NCBI GenBank assembly: GCA_035084275.1
Contig: CM068769.1
Location: forward strand, 2,046,001-2,110,000
Length of the DNA: 64,000 nucleotides
Direction: 5' to 3'
Source: Hydrolagus colliei
Lineage: Eukaryota
Position 1 is the stretch's first letter, and the number at the start of each line of letters is the position of its first letter. Positions 12,318 to 24,427 of this stretch are shown piece after piece. The notes under the pieces were generated by a model that saw only the letters and a list, made by a program, of their open reading frames with translations, did not search any database and was not told the DNA's origin. Both the position numbers and the translations under genes were made by a program.

Positions 12318-13797
12318 GATTAGCATCCAGATCAAACAGGTAGTTTAGGACTTGATAAGTCACTGATTATTTCACACCACAGAACTACCCCCCGAACATC
12401 ACACCGCTCACTCCAAATGCCTGGCATTAGTCAATCACCATAGTGACGGATCTATTTTAATTAGAGTTGTGCTCAGTGAGGGCTGATGTCAGAGATTATA
12501 CACCCTGACGAGCACAGTCAGTGATTATATTCAAACACAATCCTGACTTCAGGCTGATCGGCAGTACTGCACGCCATAAACCGTTCATACTGAACGGCAT
12601 TGAGCATGTAAAGCTGCCTCACAGGGGCTTACAATAATCGATGTTAGACTTCAAATTAAAAATTCCGTCACAAAATGCCCACAACGTTTGGATGTGTCAT
12701 TGAATATTTTTGTCACCATTCGAATCTGTTTACACCGTTTGTTATTGACTCAGTGACCATTGTTCCAAAATTCCTCCGCAGAATATTCTATTTAATTTTC
12801 CTGAAATAAAATCTGATACAATATTCAGATATTAGCTGCAAAGTGAGCGTGAAAATTGCGTTTTCCATTGAGAGCATCGAAGCAACTGCCAGAAATATTA
12901 TAGCCACCATTTGAAATACATTTTCTATCAGTACGTGATGATTGAACCCGACTCACGGCCACAGATGTTAGCGGATACAACATGCTCTTCATTTAAACGT
13001 CAAAACACGGAGCAATGTAATACTGTTTGATGAAAATAATCTTCTTTACTTTAAATGACTTTGATTTATTTTGCCTGATTTAGAGAGCTGTTCAGATATA
13101 AATCGAAGTTGTTATTATTGATGTTGACAGGGATTCTCGGATCAAATAAAAATGGATAATAAGCGCCAATACTGCCAGGTTTCCCACCAACGACACGTGC
13201 TCTCGCTCATCAAACAGGCAGAAAGGAATGAACAAATACAACACAATATAGGAAGCAAACCAAAGGATCATCCAAAATCCTAACATGAGCCAGTTCCAAA
13301 GCAGGCGTTTAATAATTAAGCACGACATGATGTACAAAACTCAACCTGTTCAAGGAAACTGTGCACAACTTGAATTAGATCCTCTGGATACTGGACGGGG
13401 ATGGGGGAGATGGTGTCACGGCATTTGGAATGGTAGAGGGCATGGGCCAAAGGTTTATCACGGGAGACGCTTTGAGAATCTCGAAAATGTCATGAGGTGT
13501 TTATCAATGATAAGGATTATTACCAATATTTTTTCAAAGTTTCACTCCATGAATCACTGGCCGAATTTATGCTTGTGTATGGAAAATAGTCACTTGATTC
13601 TTCTGAGAGCCACGGCATCCAAGTTACAATTTGTCAGGTAAGTCCATGGCAGGAGTAACATTTGTGTTGAATTGAAACAGTTCACCGCTTTACTGGAATT
13701 TCTGTACAGTCTTGTTGTCTGGCAGTAAGGACAATATCTGCAACAATAATAACGATAGTTATAGTATCACAACTAATATTTAGAAGTAGAATATCAA

Positions 13798-14875
13798 TGA
13801 TAACAACAACAACATCAATTTACATTTATAGAGCGCCTTTCACGTCGGGAGGAAGTCCCAAGCCGCTGTACAGGAGGCGGGTGACCCGCGCTGGGAGTGG
13901 AGTGTTTGGGAGGGGAGTGTTCGGGAAGGAATGAAACACGAATTGGAGTTAAAAGAGTTCGGGGTGGAACAAAAGGCACGATCGAAGAGGAAAGTCTTCA
14001 AACCAACCTTGAAAGAGGAAAGGGAAGTGACGAAACGAAACGGAGTAATTGAGGGATGGCATTCCATAAGGTGGGAGCGGTAAATCTGAAGGCCCGGCCT
14101 CCGATGGTGGGGCGGTTCGGGCGGGGGGCTTGGAGCTGGCCAAGTCCTGTTGAACGGAGGGTCCGGGTGGGCGTGTAGGGCGAGAGTAGATCGGTTAAGT
14201 AGGGTGGGGCAAGGCCGTGTAAGGCCTTGTGGGTGAGGACGAGGATCTTAAACTCGATCCTCTGGAGAATGGGGAGCCAGTGGAGACGGGCGAGGGAGGG
14301 GGTTATGTGGTCGCGGAGGCGGGTGCGGGATAGTACACGGGCTGCAGACGTTTGGATGACCTGCAGCCTTTGAATGGAGGAACTGGGGAGGCCGACTAGG
14401 AGCGTATTTCCGTAGTCCAGCCATGATGTGATGTATGCATGCACGAGTGTTTGGCAGCGCAGGGGGTAAGATAATTACGGTAGCCTGGCAATGTTGCGCA
14501 GATGGAAATAGACGGTGCATGTCAAGGCGCGGATGTGGGTGAGGAAGGAAAGTTTTTGATCGAACATAATGCGGAGGTTCCTGATTGGCTTTGTGAGGTT
14601 AAGAGTGCATGCTTGGATATTGAGGCTGGCAGCGCCCGATGTGCGGAGGCGCTGGCTTGAGCCAATCAGGACGGCCTCGGCCTTATTCACGTTGAATTGC
14701 AAAAAGTTGTCCCTCGTCCACGACTCGATGTCGGACAGGCATGCTGTCAGAACATCGATCGTCTGGCGGTTGAGGGATGAGGCAGAAAGGTACAACTGGG
14801 TGTCATCCGCATACATGTGGAAATTTACCCCATGTCTGCGGATGACGTCGCCCAGAGGGAGCGTGTAAAGTGTGA
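13798..14875 (-). mobile_element. 5'-truncated L2-type LINE (RT C-terminus, frameshifted)
   Basis: ORFs give LPLGDVIRRHGVNFHMYADDTQLYLS (RT YADD motif) and LHWLPILQRIEFKILVLTHKALHGLAPPYL, then a 3'UTR and (TTG)n tail. Confidence 0.9.
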
Positions 14876-16990
14876 AAATTACATTACGAATAATATTAGC
14901 ATTAATACTGTCAATAATAAAATCAATAATTGTAATAATACTTGCAGTTAATACAGTAACTTATCACATCTTCGCGACTTATCAAAGGGCATCATAGAAT
15001 GCACCGAAAACTTAAGTTGACTGAACACTAATAATAAAACTAAAAATAATGCTTGCATTTCATACAGCGCTTTACACGTAATATCGACGTCTCAAAGCGT
15101 TTCACAGAGTAGACAGTAAAATGAATAGACTGTAGATTTGTGACAAAATATGCCAGACAGTTGCGCGTAGCAGCGTCTCGCAAACACTCAAGAACAATTT
15201 TTGTTCTTGAGGTTTGATTTGTACGGATTATTATCACGCGTTTGTGTGTTTCCAGTAAGTAACTTGCCCAATGTTTCGATTGTGTAGGAAACACGACAGA
15301 CAATTGCAAACAACAGAGTCCCATAAGCAGTCTTGGATTGAGGGAGTAACATTTTCCATCCACGAATATTAATCACTCGATGAGCAATTATGAACTAACA
15401 AATATTTTCCATCTTATTGCAAGTTAGTATGCTTGGAAGATGGAAACTTGCTCAAACTTTCACCCTGCTGGTTACCAAATCAGGGCATTCTCGCTTGCGT
15501 GGCAAATGCTCTCTGCATAAAGCTGCAGTTCACTTCAATTGACTGTCGGTTGCAGTGTCTTGATGCGTCAATCTTGACTAGGTTTTTGGAAAGCCAAGCC
15601 GTTGACTTGCAGCTCTGTGATACTAGTACTTAAACTACAATAATATGTGGGAGCGTCAGTGACGGTGAGACTGAGTATGCGTAATGTGGATTTTTTCTGA
15701 CTCTTGTCAAGCTATGGGGAAAAATGAGCTTTTGCTAAATCTGCAGTGTTGACAGTTTCATAAGTATCTCTGTATAGAATGTATTGGTGAGGGAGTCCTG
15801 GGTAATATCTGTATCAGTACAGAGCGGCATAGGCCGAGCTGTTGGTATATGAGAAGCTCAGACTCGCCGTGTCACCCGCTTGTTTGCTCAGCCTGTGTAA
15901 CTGCTGTCTGATTGAAACTTCCAGCAACACATCTTCAACAAGATAAAGGGATCAACATCAAACTTTGTGCTATTATTGTCCTGATAGACCACTAGTCTGT
16001 GACATGAGAAGGTTGAATGATAGGACAAAACATTCAGTTAGTTAACTTGGTCAGTAGATACACACGAGAAAACTGAGGAATTATGTTGGGATCCATGAAG
16101 TTGAGGTGAAAAGGCCTGAGATGCTCCAAGGAGAGTACTAGAGACGAGGGCGAAAACTGAAAAGTGGAACTTCGAGTGTGGTGATCTCTGTGTTGCTTCC
16201 AGTGCCTCGAGCAAGCCAGTTCCAGAATGCTAGAATAAGGCACATCAATGCGTGGCTGGAGAAGTGGTGTAGGAAGGAGGGTTTCTGGTTCCTAGACCAT
16301 TGGGACCAATTCTGGGGTAGGTGGAACCTGTGCAAAATGGATGGGTTACACCTGAACAGGGCTGGAACCAATCTCCTTGCAGAGAGGTTGTCGAGTTTTG
16401 TGGGGGGGGGGGGGGCGGCAGGGCTTTAAACTAATCCCGGGGGGTGAGGGTGTGAAACTGAACAGTAGTTCAGATACGGGAGGGGTAACAAAGAGCACAG
16501 GGGTAAGGGTAAGACGGGAGAAAAGTGCAGAGGAGGTAATTTGTGCCTTAGAGTGCATGTAGATAAATGCACAAAGTTTGACGAATAAAATTGGTGAGCT
16601 GCAGGCTCAGGTTGCTGCGAGGCGATATGATGTTATAGCAGTAACTGAGACTTGGCTCAAGAATGGGCAGGAATGGGAGTTGAACATTCCTGGTTATAAT
16701 GTATTCAGGAGGGATAGAGAAGGGAGAAAAGGGGGCGGTGTGGCAATTTTAGTTAAGGAATCAGTGACTGCCTAAGAAAGGAACGAGGTGGAAGAAGGAC
16801 TAAAAACCGAATCTATCTGGTTAGAAATGAGGAATAAAAAAGGTGCAGTTACACTGCTGGGGTATAATATAGACCACCAAATAGTGGGGAGGAGATAGAC
16901 AAGCAGAACTGCAAGCGTATCACGGATAAATGCAGAGCTAATTGAGTAGTGATAATGGGTGACTTCAACTATCCCAACATAGACTGACAG

Positions 16991-17734
16991 TGTGAAACTA
17001 AAAAATCGTCTCAGTACCTTGGTTGGGGTTTCTGTTCACAAATATGTGACTCGGGTGTGTGATTCAAACAAGTTTATTTAGCATTCATGAAGCGGTGCAC
17101 TATGGTGCTACAGACTCTCGTCCGTCTACTACTAGTGCACACCAACTACTAGTATACACACATCTTTATACAGTTTCAATTCTTTGTCTACCATATATGG
17201 GCATGTTCATACATTAATTACCTTATTTGGTCAGCAATATATGGCCTTGCAGTTGTTTTACAGAAACATCATGGCCTAGGAGTTAATGAGATATAGGCCA
17301 GCTACATCTTACAACAAGATAAGCATACAGACATCATGGCCTGGGAGTGAATGAGTTATAGGCCGGCTACATCTTACAACAAGATAAGCATACAGACATC
17401 ATGGCCTTGGAGTGAATGAGTTATAGGTTATAGGTCGGCTACAGCTTACAAGTATAAGATAGCCTAAAAGCAAGATAAGATAACGAAGCCTAGAGCTTTA
17501 CAATTATATCATAGCCTTGGTAAGCCTGCCAGACACCCTTATGGCCCCTGTTATTCGCATCTCCCTGTAACAGGCTCTCGGGTGTCGGCTAGAGGTTAAA
17601 TCAAAGCGTACGTATAGGTTTGCAAGTAACTATTATGCATAACGTACGTACAGGTTTGCAAGCAACTATTATGCGTTGCGTAGCAGACGAGCAAATAACC
17701 ACTATTCGTACATGGCAGACGAGCTGACTTCTCA
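16991..17734 (-). mobile_element. Solo LTR inserted in the CR1 endonuclease region
   Basis: On the minus strand it starts TGAGAAG and ends TTTCACA. It has internal tandem repeats, TATAAA near 17166-17171 and AATAAA near 17074-17079. Flanks acag/gcag are an imperfect 4-bp TSD, and the CR1 frame resumes on the other side. Confidence 0.7.
17260..17460. repeat. About 63-bp tandem repeat x3 in the putative LTR U3
   Basis: Unit acagacatcatggcctgggagtgaatgagttataggccggctacatcttacaacaagataagcat. A separate 36-bp unit occurs twice at about 17609-17680. Confidence 0.9.
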
Positions 17735-20445
17735 GCAGAATAGTATAGTAAAGGGCAAGGAGGGAGAAGAATTCCTGAAGTGTGTGCAGGACAACTGTCT
17801 TGATAAGTATGTTTCCAGTCCAACGTGCAAAGAAGCATTATTGGATCTAGTTTTGGGAAATGAGGTAGGGCAAGTTCAACAGGTGTCTGGAGGTGAGCAA
17901 CTAGGGAATAGTGACCACAATATCGTAAGATTCAGAATAATTATGGAAAGGGATAAGGAAAGATCACAGGTGAGGACACTCAACTGGAAAAGGGCTAATT
18001 TCTATGAGTTTAGGTGGGACCTAGCCAATGTGGTTTGGAAAGAAAAATTGGCAGGTAACACAACTAACGATCAGTGGGCAGCGTTCAAAGAGGAGATAGT
18101 TCAGGCACAGGTCAAAAGCATCCCCACAAAGGTGAAATGTAAGGCATCCAAACCTCCCTGGATGACGAAGGAAATCGGGGCCAAAATAAAACAAAAAAAA
18201 GAGGCTTATGATCAGTGTCAGGCTCAAAATTCAGAAGTGAACCAAGCAGAATATAGGATGCGTAGGATAGAACTAAAAAAGGAAGTTGGAGGTGCAAAGC
18301 GACTGCGTGAAAAACAATTAGCGAGTAAGATTAAGAGGAACCCTAAGGTTTTTTTTACCACCATATTAAGAGAAAACGTTTGGTCAAGGATAGGGTGGGG
18401 CAAATTAGGGACCTTGGAGGAAATCTCCTTTTGGAGGCAGAGGGCATGGCTGATGTACTGAATGAGCACTTCGCCTCTGTCTTCACAAAAGAAAACGATA
18501 CAGCCAATGCCATGGTATTGGAGGAGAGGTTAGGAGAAATGGATAGAATAATTATAACCAGAGAGGAAGTTCTAAAAATGTTGACGTCGCTCAAGGTGGA
18601 TAAGTCACCTGGTCCGGATGGGATGCAACCTAGGTTACTAAGGGAGGCACGGGAGCAAACAGCAGGGACTCTGGCCACGATCTTTCAATCTTCCTTGGAC
18701 ACAGGGGTCGTGCCAGAGGACTGGAGGATAGCTAAAGTTACTCCCTTGTATAAAAAGGGGCAGAAGGACAAGCTTGGTAACTACAGACCAGTCAGTCTAA
18801 CGTCGGTAGTGGGCAAACTTCTAGAGTCCATAATCAGGGACAAGGTAGATCTTCACCTAGAAAGATATAGGCTACTAAAGGACAGTCAACATGGATTTGT
18901 TAAAGGCAAATCTTGCCGTACAAATCTGATAGAATGTTTTGATGAGGTAACGGAATGGGTGGATAATGGTAGCGCAGTTGATGCAGTTTACATAGACTTT
19001 CAAAAGGCATTTGACAAAGTGCCAAATTAGAGACTTATTATGAAATTAAAGGCCCATGGCGTAAAAGGGACAGTGGCAGCGTGGATCCACAACTGACAGA
19101 AAGCAGAGAGTTGTAGTGAGCGGCTGTTTTTCAGAATGGAGGGAAGTGAGCAGTGGTGTGCCACAGGGATCAGTTTTGGGACCATTGCTGTTTGTAATCT
19201 ACATCGATGATCGGGAGTTGGGTGTACGGAGTACAGTTTCCACGTTTGCAGATGACACTAAGTTAGGGAGAATAGTAAACAGTAAATAGAAAATAGTGAG
19301 GAGGATAGTGGCCATCTGCAAGAGGAAATAGACAAATTGGTAAAGTGGGCAGACACATGGCAGATGAAGTTTAATGCAGAGAAGTGTGAGGTGATGCATT
19401 TTGGGAGAAGAAATGAAGGGAGGCAATATAGGCTAGATAGTACAATTTTAAATGGTGTGAAGGAACAGAGAGACCTGGGGATTTGTGTTAGTGACTCGTT
19501 GAAGGTGGCAGGACAGGTAGACAAGTCTGTTAAGAAGGCATATGGGATACTAGGCTTAATAAATAGTGGTATAGAGTACAAACGTCAGGAAGTGCTGACT
19601 AACCTCTATAAGACTTTGGTGAGGCCTCAGCTAGAATACTATGTTCAATTCTGGTCACCACACTACAGAAAGGACGTGACGACTTTGGAAAGGGTACAAA
19701 GAAGATTTACTAGGATGGTGCCAGGATTGAGGGATTTCAGCTATGAAGAGAGGCTAGATAGGCTAGGGTTTTTCTCTCTGGGGCAGAGAAGATTGAGGGG
19801 AGACATAATAGAGGTTTATAAGATCATGAGGGATTTCGACATGGCAAATAGAGAAAAACTATTTCCACTCGTGGGCGAATCTGTGACTCGTGATCACAGA
19901 TTTAAAATAGTTTCTAGGCGAAGTAGAGGGGAGCTGAGGAGAATTTTTTTTAACTCAGCGAGTTGTTCGAACCTGGAATGCATTACCTGAAAAGGTGGTG
20001 GAGGCTGATTCGATAACAAATTTTAAAAGGCAATTAGCCCACAAATGTACAGTCAATTCACTTGACTGTAGATTTTTAATGCGCTTTGCGAAGTCGATAA
20101 AAATTGAAAAGCGCTATAAAAAACGCGAGGATTATTATTATTATTATTGATGCCAGAACTTTCAATCATCTTCAGAAGAAACAGACGCTATGTGTATTGC
20201 CACATGTACTGTATGGTACACAGCCTCATCTGATATAAAGCTCAATAAGAGAAGCGAAGGGATGATCACTCCCATTGTCGCTCCTCAGGATACCAGCTTT
20301 ACACCTGACTTTATTATACAAATTGCTTGTCGGCGATGAGGTGTTTCAGCATCACTTCCGTGACCGAACAGCATTGCTTCACAAGCCCTCCCTGTGACAT
20401 TGTGGTCAGGATGGTGTTGCTCTGATCATGTTCGATGATTTCAAC

Positions 20446-21601
20446 NNNNNNNNNNNNNNNNNNNNNNNNNNNNNNNNNNNNNNNNNNNNNNNNNNNNNNN
20501 NNNNNNNNNNNNNNNNNNNNNNNNNNNNNNNNNNNNNNNNNNNNNNNNNNNNNNNNNNNNNNNNNNNNNNNNNNNNNNNNNNNNNNNNNNNNNNNNNNNN
20601 NNNNNNNNNNNNNNNNNNNNNNNNNNNNNNNNNNNNNNNNNNNNNNNNNNNNNNNNNNNNNNNNNNNNNNNNNNNNNNNNNNNNNNNNNNNNNNNNNNNN
20701 NNNNNNNNNNNNNNNNNNNNNNNNNNNNNNNNNNNNNNNNNNNNNNNNNNNNNNNNNNNNNNNNNNNNNNNNNNNNNNNNNNNNNNNNNNNNNNNNNNNN
20801 NNNNNNNNNNNNNNNNNNNNNNNNNNNNNNNNNNNNNNNNNNNNNGNNNNNNNNNNNNNNNNNNNNNNNNNNNNNNNNNNNNNNNNNNNNNNNNNNNNNN
20901 NNNNNNNNNNNNNNNNNNNNNNNNNNNNNNNNNNNNNNNNNNNNNNNNNNNNNNNNNNNNNNNNNNNNNNNNNNNNNNNNNNNNNNNNNNNNNNNNNNNN
21001 NNNNNNNNNNNNNNNNNNNNNNNNNNNNNNNNNNNNNNNNNNNNNNNNNNNNNNNNNNNNNNNNNNNNNNNNNNNNNNNNNNNNNNNNNNNNNGAAGGGT
21101 GGGTGCGTGTGTGGNNNNNNNNNNNNNNNNNNNNNNNNNNNNNNNNNNNNNNNNNNNNNNNNNNNNNNNNNNNNNNNNNNNNNNNNNNNNNNNNNNNNNN
21201 NNNNNNNNNNNNNNNNNNNNNNNNNNNNNNNNNNNNNNNNNNNNNNNNNNNNNNNNNNNNNNNNNNNNNNNNNNNNNNNNNNNNNNNNNNNNNNNNNNNN
21301 NNNNNNNNNNNNNNNNNNNNNNNNNNNNNNNNNNNNNNNNNNNNNNNNNNNNNNNNNNNNNNNNNNNNNNNNNNNNGGGNNNNNNNNNNNNNNNNNNNNN
21401 NNNNNNNNNNNNNNNNNNNNNNNNNNNNNNNNNNNNNNNNNNNNNNNNNNNNNNNNNNNNNNNNNNNNNNNNNNNNNNNNNNNNNNNNNNNNNNNNNNNN
21501 NNNNNNNNNNNNNNNNNNNNNNNNNNNNNNNNNNNNNNNNNNNNNNNNNNNNNNNNNNNNNNNNNNNNNNNNNNNNNNNNNNNNNNNNNNNNNNNNNNNN
21601 N
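20446..21601. other. Assembly gap (N run with a few isolated bases)
   Basis: Run of n. ORF-track entries spanning it are artefacts. Confidence 0.99.
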
Positions 21602-24065
21602 CATTGAAGGCAATCAGAGACCGAGAGGTTGAGCCGGGCAGAGAGCGAGTGCGTGACAGATTCACGTATGTTCTGCATGCGTGTGCCGGGAAGGCAATCA
21701 GGCAGCGAGTATCAGAGAATCAAGTTGCTGCCTTAAGCGGAGTCTGAATGCACACAGCCAAACAAATTGACTGTAATGTTGTCGGCGAAACGCGGCTGCA
21801 AATTACTTACAGTAGCATCCTACAACAAGTCGCTTATCGCTTGTGAAATTTATTTGGTGAGGAATTTGATTAAGTGTGTGTAGTAAGGAAAGATGCCAAA
21901 GCTATGTCCCTGCCTGAAGCCGAACCCACGTCTCGCTTAAAAGGCGAGTGTTCTACAAACTGAGCTACGAGGCTCCACAACGTGAGATTGGTTAGTGGAA
22001 AGCGAGCGAAGGTGGGCGAGGGGGATGGGAATACCAATGAAAACACAGTTGAAAAGAAATATCCAAGAATTGAAGTAGGAGAGGGATCTGCTATGTTACC
22101 ATGTTGTCTGTCACGCTAACGCAGCGATCTGCACATACGCTATCGACGTGGACAATCATTCCCTCTGTCAAAATCGCGATAATCGATTCGAATTGTTCAA
22201 CTTTCTGTATTCCAGCTGCTTAATAATATTCCCTCAAAAAAAATTGATTGGTCGTTTCAGTCCACAACTATTTCTGTGAAGCTACGTTGCGCAATTGGCT
22301 ACCGTGTTTTGCCCACTAATGTTCGATCAAGCCAATTGAATTGTCTGTAGATTGTTGGTCGAATCGCGGCAGCCAATTGCGCACAGTAGCCTCCCCGGCA
22401 AAGATCATGGATTGAAATGACTAACTGTATTATCGGGTCTTTCTTTGGAAGGATTATTACGAGGATTATTATGTGGATCTGTTTGTGTGTGTGTGTGTGT
22501 GTTTGTGTCTGTGTGTGTTTGTATCGGTGTCTGTGTGCACGTGTGTGTGCAAAATAATAAGAAGGAAATTAAGTAAGGAAGTTTGCCCAAGGTTTCAACC
22601 CTGAACTGCCTGGACTAGAAAACAGGACACATGTTTTCAAGAGCGAATGCTGTTAACACAGGAGTCCACAGTCGGACAGATCTTTACGAAGCTCTTCAAG
22701 ACTCTCGATTATGTGATACATCAAAAGCAAATATTATTATTATTATTTTGATGACTTTCCCTCTTTCGCTACATGAATGTGTCCACTACTTTCCTCTGAG
22801 ATATTGTCACGTGTTTCCTCTGAGAGACGGAGCAGGAAAGTCAGTAATTGTCAAATAGGTCAAAAGTCAGTACTGACGTCTGGGCTGCGATGAAAGCATT
22901 TGTCTGCCCTTGAGGGCTTTAATGTCAGTGGTATTGTCTGATAGTAAGTATAATTGCAAAAAATCTTATTTATCAAAAGTATAAAATGTAAGATTTATTA
23001 TTTTTAATTTAACTCTATCCGCACAAGAACCACTCGATCGCTACTTCTGCTTGTGGTTGGAAATCAGTCACGAGTTTCTTCTGAGACACAGCGGCAGAGT
23101 CATCACATTGTCAAATAGGTCAACTGTCAGTCCAGGCATCTGTGCTGAGGTTAAACCATTTCTCTCCTATTAGCAGGTTAATATAAAGTGGGGCAGGCTC
23201 ACAGTAGTCTGATTGTAACATGGCTTGTGTGATCGCATGGTTACACTTGGCTGTGTTCGATGCAGCCACAGTGACCGTCAATCTCTTCAATGGACGTCCC
23301 GACGGGAGAGGCGCTCTAAATACGTCATTGTTTTGTTGTTGCTTTTGGGTTCGATACCAGGATAGTGCAACACATTGATCAGATATCCATACTCCACAGG
23401 CCTCAGTTTAAAATACAATCATTAGGAACCCTGTTGCACTTAAAATAGCGGTCTGCTATTCCATGGGATTTATTGCTTTTATAAAAACGAAATCATACTT
23501 TACATTAATGGCAATATGTACGAACTGTGCATCAGAGTAGATTCCACACACAGTGAACTGTGTTTGGAAACCTCACCGGGCGAAAACTTGGGCAAATTGC
23601 CTTAATCCACATGCCCAATAATAATCCATTGCAACCCCACCAAAAAATCCCCAATTAAAAATTTACCACTTAAATCCATCATTGTTTGTGATGACGCTGC
23701 TATGCGCAACTGGCTGGCTTGTTTCGCTCTCCCACAAAAACAGAGTCAAGTCACTTGACAGAGTGTTCTGTGTCGCGCTTTGAGACGCTTTGCGAAAACG
23801 TGAAAAGCGCTACGTCCAATGCAAGGATTATAGTTAATGTTAGTGTTAATATCAACATGTCTTAATTCTAACAACTATGTATCACAATCTGCTAGTGGTT
23901 GCTAACAACAGCACATATAATATACAGCTAGCAATGAATCACTTTTTTTTTAAATTGACTTGATATGAAGTCAATATGGTGTAATGCATGGGTAAAGTTA
24001 GCTGAGGGTTTCTTACATGGTGTCTCACTGCTCTTTACTGATTCCCAGTATTTGGTTGTGATCAG

Positions 24066-24104
24066 GGTTATTGTACGAGGCTTCCTATGATGTGTATCAC
24101 TGTG
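24066..24104 (-). promoter_or_regulatory. 23-RSS of the supporting V-delta
   Basis: CACAGTG + 23 nt + ACAATAACC. Confidence 0.95.
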
Positions 24105-24427
24105 GTGCAGACTGACTGCACAGTGATACATAGCGGAGTCTGGCAGCTGCAGGCTGGCGATGGTTAAAATGCTGATTTTCTTGGCAGTGTCAAGTGAAGC
24201 AGAAATATGATCTCGAGTGGTTCTTCCCTCCATTGAGGGCTTTCTGTGGAGAAGGTATATCGGTGCCTCACCAGGGAACTGACGGTACCAGCAGACACTG
24301 AAATTCTGTCCGCAGATTCCTGAATATTCGCATTGTAAATCCACTCTCTCTCCTACAATAGCCCTTTGTTCAGGCAGTGACTGAGAAACTGTATAATTCG
24401 CTGAAAGTTCAATTGGATAACTCGATC
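24105..24427 (-). CDS. TRDV: Leaderless supporting TCR-delta V segment of the NAR-TCR cassette
   Basis: ccccacag acceptor. Reads SSYPIELSANYTVSQSLPEQRAIVGERVDLQCEYSGICGQNFSVCWYRQ...DSAMYHCAVSLH, open, with an extra CDR1 Cys. No leader-like exon was found by eye between it and the upstream exon at 27134. Confidence 0.88.

Larger units (their letters stand above)
16030..20036 (+). mobile_element. CR1-type LINE: ORF1 esterase end and disrupted ORF2 (APE + RT), split by an LTR
   Basis: ORF1 VISVLLPVPR...DGLHLN (SGNH-esterase-like). ORF2 has IAVTETWL (APE), KSPGPDG, YRPVSLTS, DFQKAFDKV and FADD. Several stops and frameshifts; 3' end lost. Confidence 0.92.

Noticed and set aside
17260-17460. Repeat array superficially like CRISPR
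   Set aside because: Head-to-tail tandem units with no unique spacers, inside an LTR-like element in vertebrate DNA.
20314-21747. Long ORFs (390-454 aa) in the ORF track
   Set aside because: Translations of the N gap.
23548-23590. CACAGTG (also near 23266) as a possible D or J RSS
   Set aside because: No acceptable nonamer at 12 or 23 nt, and no adjacent J motif or donor.
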